From assembly GCA_004764695.1 (NCBI GenBank), contig SMSO01000036.1:2542001-2606000 (forward strand): a DNA stretch of 64,000 bases, written 5' to 3'. Each line of letters starts with the position of its first letter. Within the stretch, counting starts at the first letter, position 1. Shown here one piece after another: positions 24,481 to 37,406 of the stretch. Source of the stretch: Schizochytrium sp. TIO01 (lineage: Eukaryota; Protista; Bigyra: Labyrinthulomycetes). The notes under the pieces are model-generated. The model was not told the DNA's origin. It saw only the letters and a program-made list of their open reading frames with translations, and searched no databases. The position numbers and the translations under genes were made by a program.

Positions 24481-24549
24481 GAAAGAAAGAATGAAAGAAA
24501 GAATGAATGAAAGAATGAATGAAAATGAATGAAAGAATGAATGAATGAA
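24481..24549. repeat. Compound (GAAA)/(GAAT) microsatellite
   Basis: Seen directly. Confidence 0.9.
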
Positions 24550-26506
24550 CCTTAAGCCCACAGAAATCACTTAGGGAGTAGTATCGCTCTGTTCTATCAT
24601 CATGATGTTCACGGCTCTGTGTTGCTCAAGTATGATGCTCGTTTCAGTTGCTCTCTTCATTGTGACTTGTGGTTTGTGTCGTGAAGTAGTGGCGCTATTA
24701 GAGCAAACCCTCTGCGCGAAGCTCTGAAGATGGCGCAATACAACAGCTGAAGCGCAGACACACCTTCATGAATAGATGATTGCATGAAGTGGAATGACTA
24801 AGTGCCAGTGCAGCGAGGTGCCTGCCTGCATGATGCCTATATTTCTGAGTTCAACTTTAGCTTCTTATACTGCTTGGCGTGACTATGTACAGTCTCGCCA
24901 TTAGCGACGAAACTGGGCATTGATTTGAGCGAGCGGTAGTCCACAAAGCCGCGACATAGTTTAAGTGGAGGTCATCATGACATGTGCAAAAACCTACAAT
25001 CGCGCAGGTATGATGTTCAATGAGTCCGTCGTGAAAGAGAGAGCGAAACGAAATGAGGGACTCTTCTGGTTATCACACCGGTACCTACCTACCCCATGGT
25101 CCATGATGGTCGAATGATGTAGCAGTAGATGCTTTATAAGGAGCAGACAGCATCGCATTGCTTCCGTCATGCTGAGGAGCTTACGGTCCAATCAACTAGG
25201 AAGCCAAAAAGAAAGAAAAAAAGAAGAAGAGGTTTATTATGAGTCGAAGTAATCGAGAACATGATTTTCAGAGTTAAGAAGGATTCTATCACTACTCCAG
25301 TTATTATGCATTAATACTAATTATAACAACCACATCAATTGAACAAAATTGAACAAAATAAACAAACAAAACATGACGTAGGTAGTAGGTACGGTACCTA
25401 TCTACGTCAATGTCAAAAAGCACTATTGGGAATCAACTAAAGATACATACTGTTACTTGTCTGTGCCCTCCTGTAAGTGCTTACGGCCCTAATTTATGGG
25501 AGCGATTGCTGCCATCGCATCTTGCTATGACGCTGCGCAACGGGAACTTGCAGCACGAAATTCATCAAACCTTTCTTTGGGGAAGTCTAACTAACTAATT
25601 CTATAGTTTTGCATTACTAAACAAAAAGGAATGGAAACCTTTTTACAATAAAAATGCTTTCAAAGCAGTAGTAGCCCAAATTTACTTTGCATCTATAATA
25701 ATGAGAGCATAAACCATGCACTCGGATTACCTTGAACCTGAATCCCAGATCTGTATCAGCTTCGCAACAACTGAAACGCAAGAACTTTCTTAGCGTAAGA
25801 CTTTGTATACACATTCCTTCGTCTTCATACAGGACGATCTGTTTCCATTCCAACTCTGGCAAATCAAAATATGTGGAAACGAGGTCCATTGTAAACAGTA
25901 ACACATCACTACTCAGTGGGATGTGAGTGCTGCTCAAGTTCCCTAGGTGAGGTTTGCTAGCGAAAATTACTAGTAACGCCGCGTCTATTTTCTTTACTGA
26001 TTCCTCACAATGATTGACGCGGCAGCCCTACAAATAGAGTATACGGAATGTGCCTACTATATAATACTATGGAGTGTTTAATCTTGAAAGTAGAGTATAG
26101 GTATTGGAAATGAAGAATACGTGCTGTGGAGTGCAATAACAAGTGCCACTAGGGTAGGTAGTAGCAGAGGGTACGAGTGCGTAGTGATGCAAGATCAGCG
26201 GCGGCAAATCCGATTGCAAAAGGTTGGGCAAAACCGTTCCGTCCACGCCACATCAGTTGCCGCAAAGGCTTCGTTCAGTGCCGCAAAGGTTGTGCTTCTG
26301 TCGAAGCGTTTCCCGCGTCGCCTGTGGCTATAAATTCTTGACTGCATCGTGCATCGGTGCTTGAGATCGAGAAGCTAGCTGCTACCGACAGCTTGGCCTC
26401 TTCTTGGTTGCGTACGCCGCGCAAAAACCTCAAAAGTAAACCTTTCAAACTTTGCTTGCATAGAGCAAAGTCGATTCACCAAGTAAACGAGCTTTAGTTA
26501 AAGAAA

Positions 26507-28072
26507 ATGTCTTACCAGTACATGGATTGCAAGGCTGACCTCCTTCAGGTGGAGTCGCCCAATGTGCAGTACACTGAAGATGAGATTGCCAGCACTTACT
26601 CGTACGCCACCACCGGCGTTTCTGTGGACCGTGCCTCTGGCAAGATCACTGCGACTCCTAAGGAAAAGGAGGTCCAGTTCAAGACTCAGCGCAAGGTAGG
26701 CAAGGTTGGTGCCATGATTGTGGGTCTTGGTGGCAACAACGGCTCGACCTTGGTTGCTGGTATCCTTGCCAACAAGCTCGGTCTTGAGTGGCGCACCAAG
26801 GAGGGCGTCCAGAAGCCCAACTACTTTGGAAGTGTCACCATGGCCTCCACGATTCGCCTTGGCACTGATGAGAGTGGCAATGATATCTTTGTGCCGTTCA
26901 ACTCCCTTGTGCCTATGGTTCACCCCAACGACCTCGTCATTGGTGGCTGGGATATCTCTGGCATGAACCTCGGTGATGCCATGCGCCGTGCTAAGGTCCT
27001 TGATGTCAACCTTCAAGACCAACTTTACCCCCACATGAAGGACATTGTCCCCTTGCCCTCTGCTTACTTCCCGGATTTCATCGCCGCGAACCAGTCTGAC
27101 CGTGCCGACAACGTGCTCAGCGGTAGCAAGCGTGAGCAGCTCGACAAGATCAAGGAGCAGATCGAGGCCTTTAAGAGCGAGAACGGACTCGACAAGGTCA
27201 TTGTACTCTGGTCTGCTAACACTGAGCGCTTTGCTGAGATCCAGGAGGGCGTCAACGACTCCATGAGCAACCTGCTCGAGGCTATCGATGAGGACGAGGA
27301 GGAGATCTCCCCCTCGACCATCTTTGCCGTCGCTGCGATCGAAACCGGATCTGCCTACATTAATGGTTCCCCGCAAAACACCTTTGTGCCCGGTGTGATC
27401 GAGCTTGCTCAGGAGCGTGGCGTTTACATTGGTGGTGATGACTTTAAGTCCGGTCAGACCAAGTTCAAGAGCGCCTTGGTTGACTTTTTGGTCAGCGCTG
27501 GTATCGCTCCGCGTTCCATCGTTTCTTACAACCACTTGGGTAACAACGACGGTAAGAACCTGTCTGCACCCAAGCAGTTCCGCAGTAAGGAAATCTCCAA
27601 GTCCAACGTTGTTGACGACATGGTTCAGTCAAACGGTATTCTGTACAAGCCTGGTGAACACCCTGACCACTGCGTTGTCATCAAGTACGTCCCGTATGTT
27701 GGTGACTCCAAGCGTGCCATGGATGAGTACACTTGCGAGATCTTTATGTCTGGCAAGCAGACTATTGTGTCTCACAACACCTGCGAGGACTCTCTCCTCG
27801 CCACTCCTCTTATCCTCGATCTTATCATTCTTACTGAGCTTTTGCAGCGTGTAACTTTTAAGGTCGATGGAGAGGCAGAGCACCACGGTTTCCACAGTGT
27901 GCTTTCCCTCCTTTCCTACATGCTCAAGGCTCCCCTTACTCCGCCTGGCACCCCTGTTGTCAACTCCCTCTTCACCCAGCGTGAGGCTGTTGTCAACTTT
28001 ATGCGCGCTTTTGTTGGTCTCCCCCCTGAATCACACATGAGCCTTGACCACCGCATGGGCCGCTCCGCATGA
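26507..28072 (+). CDS. INO1: myo-Inositol-1-phosphate synthase
   Basis: Conserved MIPS blocks 'GLGGNNGST', 'LWSANTERF', '[11 protein letters not shown]', '[10 protein letters not shown]', '[10 protein letters not shown]' and '[10 protein letters not shown]'. TATA-like TATAAA at about 26330. Confidence 0.98.
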   Translation: MSYQYMDCKADLLQVESPNVQYTEDEIASTYSYATTGVSVDRASGKITATPKEKEVQFKTQRKVGKVGAMIVGLGGNNGSTLVAGILANKLGLEWRTKEGVQKPNYFGSVTMASTIRLGTDESGNDIFVPFNSLVPMVHPNDLVIGGWDISGMNLGDAMRRAKVLDVNLQDQLYPHMKDIVPLPSAYFPDFIAANQSDRADNVLSGSKREQLDKIKEQIEAFKSENGLDKVIVLWSANTERFAEIQEGVNDSMSNLLEAIDEDEEEISPSTIFAVAAIETGSAYINGSPQNTFVPGVIELAQERGVYIGGDDFKSGQTKFKSALVDFLVSAGIAPRSIVSYNHLGNNDGKNLSAPKQFRSKEISKSNVVDDMVQSNGILYKPGEHPDHCVVIKYVPYVGDSKRAMDEYTCEIFMSGKQTIVSHNTCEDSLLATPLILDLIILTELLQRVTFKVDGEAEHHGFHSVLSLLSYMLKAPLTPPGTPVVNSLFTQREAVVNFMRAFVGLPPESHMSLDHRMGRSA

Positions 28073-30412
28073 GCATAAAACAGGGAGTTTCCTGGTGTGA
28101 TCTTTGAGTAGCTTCTACTTGCTTTTATTTTCGTTCATTTCACCAACAATAACAATCACAACAAACACCGAAAGAAGCTCTCACATGTCTCGATCGCCCG
28201 TGCATTCATTCGAGTTGCTGTCGTCGCCATTTCAACAATAACAATAAGAACAGCATTCATAGCAATCATCAATAGTGTTTATCTCCACATTATCATGCCA
28301 CCCAAAAATTAATTGTAGTAGGGACTTTCTCATAATTAGATAGCTTTTTGCCTGACTTTATCAACATGCTGATAAAACTCCCTGTATGTTTAAACTTGAT
28401 CAAGGAGTCTCATTTGTTTCAAAAGAGAGACTCAAGACGATGGACTTTCAAATATCAATTTCTTGGTTTGCAACGAGATTGGTGAATGCATTGCAGGTCT
28501 ATCACAAAGTCAAGAGGACTACACCCAGTAGACTTTAGAACTCTTCTGAATTTTTATGATTGGAGAAGGTCTCTTAGAGATTGTGCACAACATGTTACGA
28601 GAAAAGTGTATCAAACAAAATGAGCTTACTGCAGACATCAGAGACTTTAATGTATGGAATGAGAGGCTAGGGGAGGTGCCTAGTAGTAATCACATCTTCA
28701 AGTTGCTTTTGGGCAAGGGCTTACTTACGTGGTTCTGTTGTTCTACAGAAATTCATTGGTGTGCTCCCCAGACATGTTTCAGTCATCAATGGTACCTTAA
28801 ACCTGTTGAGGGCAATGCGTGTAAATAGTATGATGCCCATACTGACTTAAAACCGCAGATTGTTGGTAAATTCAAAGGCTTTGGTCTTCAATATGATAAA
28901 ATTTCTGTTGGTTATTCGTGGGGGAAATATGCTGAATGTCCCAGTGCAATTATAAATATTCAATCGTTTGTCTGGTTTATAATTGCATGGTATGGAATGA
29001 TGCCTTTGTTGATGTTTACATGAACTACAAGATGGACTTTGGTTTTCTCTGAAATAATTCAGGAAATCTGCTTATCACCGGAACCTGCTTGGTATGAGAG
29101 TGAGGTAGTTCGATTGCACTAAACTCTCAGTGTAGTATAGACTGTGTATAATGAATCCCTACGAAGATGAAGTGCTGGAATGTAGAAGAGGCATAGATTG
29201 CATCCGTATGGCTTGTTCAGATAGTCATCAAGATAGTCTCCTTGTAAAGGTCCCCACAAGTTGCCAGAGATCCGCAAGGCGGCAGAGGATGAAGCAATGA
29301 AACATCATCAAAGTAGAGTTGATAACCAACTAGTACCCGAAGATCTGTCTCTTAATGGAATGACCCTGTGCTTAATCAATGTCAAAGATCGAGAGTACTT
29401 AACATCTAGCCATACGAGTAAAACATCTCATATACCTCTGACTTCGGGCAAGTTGGATAATGTGTTGAGGGTCGTAATAAGATAAGATCAGGCTCCGGAA
29501 CTTGGACATTGAGTATCAATTTACCAGGAGATGAAGCACAGCTCACAGTAGTTTTCCAATGTCATCGGCTCATAGCAATCATTTATTCTATTATTGAAAC
29601 AACACCTACATATATTTGATCTCTACAGCCAATTTGAAACTATAGGGAATGGTATTCCGAGTTTGTGATCTGCGATACGACTGTTCTCAGGCAAATATTG
29701 TATCATACACACAATGAGATTAAGCTTGAGGAAGCCCTAAATTGGCTGCCAGAACGGGATATGGCGGACTTTTGTTTCCATTTATCATGTTTCCAGTAAC
29801 AGAAAATTAAAATCGCCAAAGTTACTTCAAGAACATCACAATATCCTCCATTCAAATTGAGCTGGTATTTGAGCAAGTTTCTAAAGGAGGTAGAGAGGAT
29901 CACGATGAGAAAAGAAATACAAGGCACGAAAATGTAACAAACTAGAATGGACCTTATTGCGCCCTCCCCATTTTCAATCACCATCATTGTACACGTGTGG
30001 TCGTAATTGAATTAAGAAGGGTTATGCAAAAAGTAGGTTATCAGATGTTTAGTCTCTTTTTAAAGTGTGTATAAAAGAAAGAAGAAGAGAACATACAGGA
30101 CAGGGAGCATGAAAATACGCGCTAAGTATAAATCTCTTTGCAAAGAGAGAAAAAGCGAACAAACGAAAGCCTTCACTCTTTCCAATCAAAGTATATCTTC
30201 TGGTGGTTGCAAAGAAAGGTCCTATTGTCATGCTTATCACAAGCAGACAGGTTCGGTTAATGACACGACATGTGCCTCAAAGATACAGGCAAGAGCACAA
30301 TGTGCGTCGCTAGAGTTGCATGGCTTGAACAAACAGACACACACTAAGTTTAATGTGCGTACATTTCCAGCATTGGCTAACCAATAAGGTTGTAAAGAAA
30401 AATCCGCAAGGT

Positions 30413-32532
30413 TTACTCCTGCTCCTTGCGAGCAGCCTCAGCACGCTTCTTACGTTCACGGCGGAGAGCAGCCTTAGACTTTCCACCAGCGTTGGCAGAG
30501 GGGTTCTCGCCAACCACAGCAGTCATACCAGGAATGCTGTTGCTACTGCTACTAGGAAAACCGTTAGCAGCAAGACCAGCGAGGCCACCAAGCTTGCGTG
30601 GGCCAGAAGACGTGTCGCGCTCAGCACGCATCATTGCAGAAAGGGATCCACTGGCGCCAGGCGGCCGGTAGACACCCTTGGGCTTGGCAGCGGCACCGCT
30701 GCTGGCCTCGATCGTGGGGATTTTCTCGCCCTTCTTAAGAGGAGTCTGAGGGCGGTCAGGATAGGTGCCCGAGGCCGCAGGGCGGAAGACAGCCTTGGTA
30801 GCCTCGCGAACCTTGACGTCGTAGAGGTGAACACCACGGTAGGTATAAAATGAGATACCGTTATCCACACGCATACGAGGGAAGAGGGTACCGGTCATGA
30901 AAAAGCGACCGCAAGGTGACCACTCCTGGGAAACGGCACAGTTGGCACGGACGGAGCCCATTTTGGCCTTCTTGTTCATATCCCAAAAGTCCATATCACC
31001 AGACAAGTTGCCAAAGCCACCAAGGCAGACAAAACGGCCGTGTGGGCTGTAGCGGATGGTGTTACGGTGAGCCTGACCGAAATCAAAGATAGGGTCACCC
31101 TTCATGTTGTAGAGCACAGAGCTAGCTGGGCTACGTCCAGAGATAGCAATGAATTGACGGCTCTGAGGGCTCCATGCAAAGTCATGGAAGGGACCATCGT
31201 CCTTATGCGGCATAATTTTACAGTCAAACTGACCATCGGTGTGTAAGAGGTAGAGGGCAGACTCTCCGTAGTATGATTGACCAGTGGTATCGACATCAGT
31301 CTCGGTCTTGACCAAGACAGCCTCTCCGTTGGGAGACCACTCGAACTTGCACTCAGTGGCCTTGAAGGTGGACTTTGTAATAAGGGGCTGCTCAAGCTGT
31401 TCACCAGAGTAGCTGTACACGCTGAGCTTGGCTGGGCCCGAGTTGGACTCAGGTCTAAAGCAAGCAATCATGCAGGGGTTTTCCTCAGAAAGCTCGCCAT
31501 CCTTCTTCTTGAGAGAGAACTGGCTAACACCCTCGCACTTGACCTGTTGTTTGTTTGGTTATACATAATAATGAGAGCAAAGTTAGTCCATCAGCCCATT
31601 TCCTGTCTCTTCAATTTTCTCAAGATTGCTTCACTGCGTGGTATCAGTATCGTTACATCATCTCCCAGTGACCATTAACACGTAACATGTTTCGGATTTG
31701 GTGCTCGGCAAAGCATTAGCGTCATGAGGGCGCCCCCGAAGGAGAAACCAGTCAGAAGTAGTGACGAGTTTGTGCTTTAATGTGGATTTATCTTCATTGC
31801 ACAAAACCTTACATGGTACGAAAACAACTGTTCATGGGAGAGAGTAATACGATGATGCCATGCACGAGCTTATAGGCTCGCTGCTGCAAAAGAGGCTATC
31901 TTTGGGTATGTTTTACAAAAATACCTGCTTGCTCATAGCAGATTTAAAACAGAAAAATATGAAACACTTACCTTGGTGTAGCGGTCGAGCTCGGTGCCGT
32001 TGTACATGTTGATAAAATTCTTGACCATGTGGCCAGCCACAAGCTCGTCATCAGTCCACTTGACCATGGGCCAAGTGGTCTCAAGGAGGTTCTTCTCAAT
32101 CATGCGGAACATGACATTTCCATCGGCAACACGCCAAACGGTGAAATTACCTCCATCTTCAGATGCCTGCGCAGTCCACTTCTCCCAGGTCACAAGAAAG
32201 GTACCAAGCGGAGAAAGTGCCATCTTCATGATGTTGGGCCGTTCGATCTTGTTGATCTCGATGCCAGAGTCAGAGTCGAGGACGGTAACAACATTGTTGC
32301 GGAGGATGGCGACTCGGGATCCGTCAACAGGGTTGAATACAAAGTCTTTCACGGGCGCCTCGACCTTGGAGAAGCGCTCGTCAAGGTCATCCTTGTCCAC
32401 AAGCTCGCCGCGGCGCTTGTTGGGGCCAAGCTTGAACTCGAGGCCCTCACGGCCAAGCACGGCATACTGGATGCGCTTGTACGGCTTTGCTGCAGGCGGT
32501 GCCTCAGCGGCGGCGGCGTCTGGTGCGCTCAT
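30413..32532 (-). CDS. EIF2A: Eukaryotic translation initiation factor 2A; exons 32532-31972 and 31543-30413
   Basis: 'DVDTTGQSYYGESALY', 'GFGNLSGDMDFWD', 'PRMRVDNG' and 'YRPPGA'. Exon 1 has 'SPLGTFLVTWE' and 'WPMVKWTDDE'. A phase-0 intron 31544-31971 (AAG|GTAAGT ... ACAG|GTC) joins the two ORFs in frame. Confidence 0.93.
31701..31802 (-). ncRNA. Intronic box C/D snoRNA; predicted guide for the 18S rRNA adenosine equivalent to human Am512
   Basis: Minus strand: GTGC-A-ATGAAGA (C-like box) ... CTCGTCACTACTT-CTGA (guide plus D') - CTCC-TTCG-GGGG hairpin - ATGACGC (C') ... CCGA (D-like) - GCAC. The GTGC/GCAC terminal stem closes it. The guide is complementary to the conserved 18S segment AGGUAGUGAC. 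Confidence 0.7.
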
Positions 32533-35420
32533 AGCGGCTGCGGCAGGGTGGCTCGACTCGCGCAGCTGCGACGTGGCGGCTGCGACAGAGGAGCTAAATT
32601 GGATTGAGTTAAAGGTTTGTTTTGGATTTGATGCTGCCACGCAGCTGCCGTTTGCAGGAAGTGAATGGCACTTGTTCCGCTAATGTTCCTTTCTTGAGAT
32701 CCATACTTTAATAGTGATGTGAATATGAAATGTGAATAAACAGAGACCCAGGGAACGTTGAATGAGTGATGGAGAATGAAGACTTGCAGGATTCTGGATC
32801 AAATTGATCTAAATCAACGATGTTTAGTGAATGCCACGGGGGCATACGATGATGCTTTTACTGCCACACCACCACCGCCTGAAGTTTTGCGATGATTGTC
32901 ATAACTCCTCAACCAAACATCTTGGATGAGCGAGTGCGCTTCGGAAAGCAAAAAACATCGCTGTGACGTGCCTCGTGTTTTAAGTAGTTATGTGGAGCGA
33001 ATGGAAATTCGGGTTTCACTTACTTAGAGTTCGACCACAAATACCCCTGCAAAGACTCAGACTCATCTTCACCGTGCAATGTTCTCCGTGCTCGCTCGGG
33101 CAGTCCTGCAGCACAAATGACTCTGGTGCAGGACGAAATCCATGCTCTTGTTTAATAATCGAATGAAGATCAAGTCACCATCATTGATGGTGGTGATCTC
33201 GACTGACCATAGGAGTACTTGCTATATAGCACTATGCTATTTGTGGATTGCCAGGTTGGGGCACGCATGAAGACCAACCACTCTCACTAGCCACACGACT
33301 ACTACTCCCATCTATCAAGCTTTGGGCAACAACAATTATGATCACAATAACAACAGTAACAACAAACACTCGAAAGCAAATCACTCATGCTGAAGACCAC
33401 CTGATGCTAGTACCTCTAGCTAGGTGCCTACGTACCTATTGACAGGTGGCCTACCACTGCAACTAAAGTGGGTTGTTGCGATGTTTCCAGTTGACTGTTT
33501 TGGTTTGCAACCACTCAGTGAAAGCGCTATTGATGCAGAAGCTGTATCACTTGCTTAGACGTTCTATTCCAAGACAAACTTAAAAGTTGATCTTTTGTAT
33601 TACGCTCTGTTCAAGTTCGACGTTTTATGAAAATCAGGTTCATGCAGTTGAGACGCAGCCCACAGCGAGTCATGTGTGAAGCAGTAGAAACGTCAAGAAG
33701 CATGAGAAACAAAGCACAGCCTCTTATAAGCTAGGTAGACCTTGAATTTGGCCACGATGGCAATTTATTGAACCGAGGCTGTGAACATGATTAATGCTGT
33801 TCGAACATTCTGCTCACGGCAGCAACCTAGGTTCTTACAGTTGACACGGCCTCGCGATTCCTCGCAAAGTCTGAAATGAATGGTTGGTTCTGGCGTGCTC
33901 AAGCTAGTGTATCGATGTTTTCTCTTTCCTGCACTTACTTTTCGTACGCTCTACTTTGTGGACCCAATTCTCTACTTTGTGGCCCTCTATACTCTAGTTT
34001 TCTCGTCATGCGCAATAGTCGAAAAGGAATAGAAAAACGCACTATGTTTCGCTACTTCTAATATACCTCCTGCTTAGTCTTTCTGGAGGTGCTCAGGGTG
34101 CCATGTGGGTGTATTGTAGAATTGTTTTACTTCATATAAGTGAGGTGGCGCGCGCAGAACTCGCCTGGGAAAGGACTAAGCCAGTTGTTTGCCCGCAGGA
34201 CCCGCGGGATTGAGTCCTTGTGTACAGTAGAGAATACACTTGCAAGTGGAGTAAAGGATGTTTATAAAGTAGACCAAACGGGTTGCAAGTGGGGATCCTG
34301 CGACTTAAGTTCCACTGCTCAGGAATTCGAAAAAAAGTTTTCTTTATTGGCGATTTCTTTTTTCTTCTTCTGAAGATGAAGAAAAAAGACATACCACGAG
34401 GATGGAGGAGAAACGGCGTCGAGCGAGCACATTGGTGTACGTTGGGCAAAAGGTGGCCCCTTATTCTTTGTAAACTAAGCACATGTCCGTCATTCAATTC
34501 GCTGTCTGTCTCGCACTCCTCAATCGTAATCTAATTCACTGTATAAATTTTAATTTGTAATATATATATTATTTTTTTATGTCGCCAAGAATTGCGGAAT
34601 TCGATGAAGAACCCACCAGTAACGGAGTTGATTTGATTCTTCATAGTTCATGTGCCTCCACAGCCAATTCCTGCCGGCTCGTCGCAGATCAAAGACGCGG
34701 TCCACGCAGAGCCTCCCTTGCCTCCTCGCCCTCCTCCTCGAGTCCAAGCTGGTCGCTTTGTGGAGAATGGGCAGCGGACTTTGCATTCATCTTAGAAAAC
34801 GAAAGAAGAAACAAAAAAGGGGCGTCGTACAATAGGACAACACCAAATACTATAGAGAATGGAAAGTAGAGAATGGCATTCTTTCCTTTCCCCCAATAGA
34901 ATAAATAAACTTTGTTTTCCTTTTTTTTCAACCAAAGAAAAAGCGAGAGAAGGCCAAGGCGGTGGAGGAGAGAGTCCGCTGATTGTCGCAACATCGGGAT
35001 TCGCAAGCAGGATGTGTTATTGATTGGTTCCTCGTCCTCAACGGGAGCACGGCACGAAAGAGAGCCTTTGGCATGTAGGAGGGGAAGAAGAAATGCAGGC
35101 AGCCTGGTGCTAGAATATTGCATCCATATAACATGGCAGGGAGCTTTCTTTGGTGCAAGAGGAGTTTTTTAGTTTTTTTAGTTTTAGTCTGAAAGTTTTT
35201 AATTAAAAAAATGTTATTAAAATTGGTGGAGTCTTGAAGGGAGTGGAGGAGACCAGAGAAGACTAGGCAAAGCAAGGCCAGGCAAGACAAGACAAACCCG
35301 ATTGCGATTCCGTGGGCGCTTCGGAAGAGCGCTCAGGAGTGTGCGAGAGAGGTTTGGTACAAGGGCTACTTGCTCGCATCCTTCGCTTGAGTGGAGTGAT
35401 AACGTTTGTGCCCGAGGAAA

Positions 35421-37406
35421 ATGACGTCCAAGTATGACTTCAAGTCGATTCGGCCTGTGCCTACCTCAGATGACTTCTTGGACATCGTCCTGAGCAAGAC
35501 GCAGCGCAAGACGCCGACCGTCGTGCACCAGGGTTATGCCATTGGCCGTATCCGTGCATTCTACATGCGCAAGGTGAAGTTCGCTGCTGAGGCCTTCACC
35601 GAGCGTCTTGGCTGGATTCTCGACGACTTCCCCAAGCTCGACGACATCCACCCCTTCTACGGTGACCTCTGCAACGTTCTCTACGATCGCGACCACTACA
35701 AGCTCGCTCTCGGCCAGCTTAACGTTGCCAAGAGTCTCATCGCCACCACGTCCCGCGACTATGCCCGTCTCCTCAAGTACGGTGACTCTCTCTACCGTTG
35801 CAAGCAGCTCAAGCGTGCTGCTCTCGGTCGCATGGCCACCCTCATGAAGAAGCACAAGAGCTCTTTGGGCTACCTCGAGGAAGTCCGCAAGCATCTCAGC
35901 CGTCTGCCTTCGATCGACCCCAGCACACGTACGCTGCTCATCACTGGCTACCCGAACGTTGGTAAGTCGAGTTTCATGAACAAGGTCACTCGCGCCGACG
36001 TCGAGGTGCAGCCGTACGCCTTTACCACCAAGTCGCTGTACGTTGGTCACATGGACTACAAGTACCTGCGGTGGCAGGTACTTGATACCCCTGGTATTCT
36101 GGACAAGCCTCTTGAGGAGCGCAACACCATCGAAATGCAGGCCATCACTGCTCTGGCGCATCTCCAATGCTGTGTCATGTACTTCGTAGATCTCTCGGAG
36201 CAGTGCGGTTGGACCCTGGAGCAGCAGGTTGCTCTCTTTGACAACATCCGCCCACTCTTTGCCAACAAGCCTCTCGTCATTGTTGCCAACAAGATTGATG
36301 TTGCGCCGTTTGAGGCTCTTTCCCAGGTGCACAAGACCTTGCTCGACAAGATGGTCAAGGAGTCCGGCGCTGAGCTGTTGCCCATGAGTGCAGCTGCTGA
36401 CATGAACATTGCAAACGTGAAGCAGCGCGCCTGCGAGCTCCTACTCGAGCGCCGTGTGGAGATGAAGGCTAAGAGTAAGAAGGCTGCTGGCATCCTCAAC
36501 CGCCTCACCGTTGCGGTGCCCGCCGCACGCGACCAGAAGACACGGCCTGCCTTCATCCCTGAGGGCGTCATCGAGGCCCGCGCTCGCAAACAAGCCAATG
36601 CTGGCGATGATGCCGACATGGACGTGGATATGGACGGAGAGGAGCGCAAGAAGACGCTTCACCAGCTGGAGCAGGAGGCTGGAGGCCCCGGACACATTTC
36701 GTTCGACTACAGGAGATACTACAACCTCCGCAAGGAGGAGTTCAAGTTCGACGTCATCCCCGAGATCGTGGACGGAAAGAACATCGCAGACTTTATCGAC
36801 GTGGACATCATGGAGAAGCTCGAGGCTCTCGAGCGCGAAGAGGACGAGCGCGCCGCTCGCGAAGAGGCAGAGCTGGCGGCTTACGAGGATGCCGAGTCCG
36901 ATATGGACGAGGAGGAGAAGGACTTCGCAGACCGCATCCGCAAGAAGAAGGCACTCATCGTCGCCAAACACCGCGAGGACAAGCACAAGGTACGCGGACG
37001 CCTCTCACGCAAACACACGGCAGCATCCACGAAGGACGCATCTGCCGTCAAGGGCGAGATGGAAGACATTGGATACGACGCAGGCACTGTGGAGCCCGAG
37101 ACTGCTCGGGGACGCAAGCGCGAACGGTCCCTTGGACCTGGTGCCGAGGCCAACGAGGCCGAGGAGTCCGAACGCAACAAGAGGTCCAGCCGCTCCAGAT
37201 CTGTGGTACGCGAGCTTCAGCGCGAGGCGACCTCCTCGCTTGGAACAGTCGAGCGTGCCGTACAGGCGAACAAGCGCATGAAGAAGGCCCAGCAGGGCTT
37301 CCAGCTCAAGGCCCGCGCCGGAGAGGCCGATCGCCATGTCACCATCAAGATGCCCAAGCACTTGTTTACCGGCAAGCGCGGTATTGGCAAGAACCAGAGA
37401 AGATAA
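35421..37406 (+). CDS. NOG1: Nucleolar GTP-binding protein 1 (NOG1/GTPBP4)
   Basis: 'LSKTQRKTPTVVH', G1 'GYPNVGKSS', 'YAFTTKSL', 'DTPGILD', 'NKID' and C-terminal 'PKHLFTGKRGIGK'. Confidence 0.98.
   Translation: MTSKYDFKSIRPVPTSDDFLDIVLSKTQRKTPTVVHQGYAIGRIRAFYMRKVKFAAEAFTERLGWILDDFPKLDDIHPFYGDLCNVLYDRDHYKLALGQLNVAKSLIATTSRDYARLLKYGDSLYRCKQLKRAALGRMATLMKKHKSSLGYLEEVRKHLSRLPSIDPSTRTLLITGYPNVGKSSFMNKVTRADVEVQPYAFTTKSLYVGHMDYKYLRWQVLDTPGILDKPLEERNTIEMQAITALAHLQCCVMYFVDLSEQCGWTLEQQVALFDNIRPLFANKPLVIVANKIDVAPFEALSQVHKTLLDKMVKESGAELLPMSAAADMNIANVKQRACELLLERRVEMKAKSKKAAGILNRLTVAVPAARDQKTRPAFIPEGVIEARARKQANAGDDADMDVDMDGEERKKTLHQLEQEAGGPGHISFDYRRYYNLRKEEFKFDVIPEIVDGKNIADFIDVDIMEKLEALEREEDERAAREEAELAAYEDAESDMDEEEKDFADRIRKKKALIVAKHREDKHKVRGRLSRKHTAASTKDASAVKGEMEDIGYDAGTVEPETARGRKRERSLGPGAEANEAEESERNKRSSRSRSVVRELQREATSSLGTVERAVQANKRMKKAQQGFQLKARAGEADRHVTIKMPKHLFTGKRGIGKNQRR

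Noticed and set aside
22158-28072. trpB and INO1 as possible members of the PKS cluster
   Set aside because: They lie more than 20 kb away, separated by housekeeping genes, with no evidence of functional linkage.
28430-29900. Faint LRR-like fragments ('FNVWNERLGEVP', 'LRNLDI', 'HIPLTSGKLDNV'); similar texture at 40600-41350
   Set aside because: Too degraded to reconstruct by eye; needs a frameshift-aware search.
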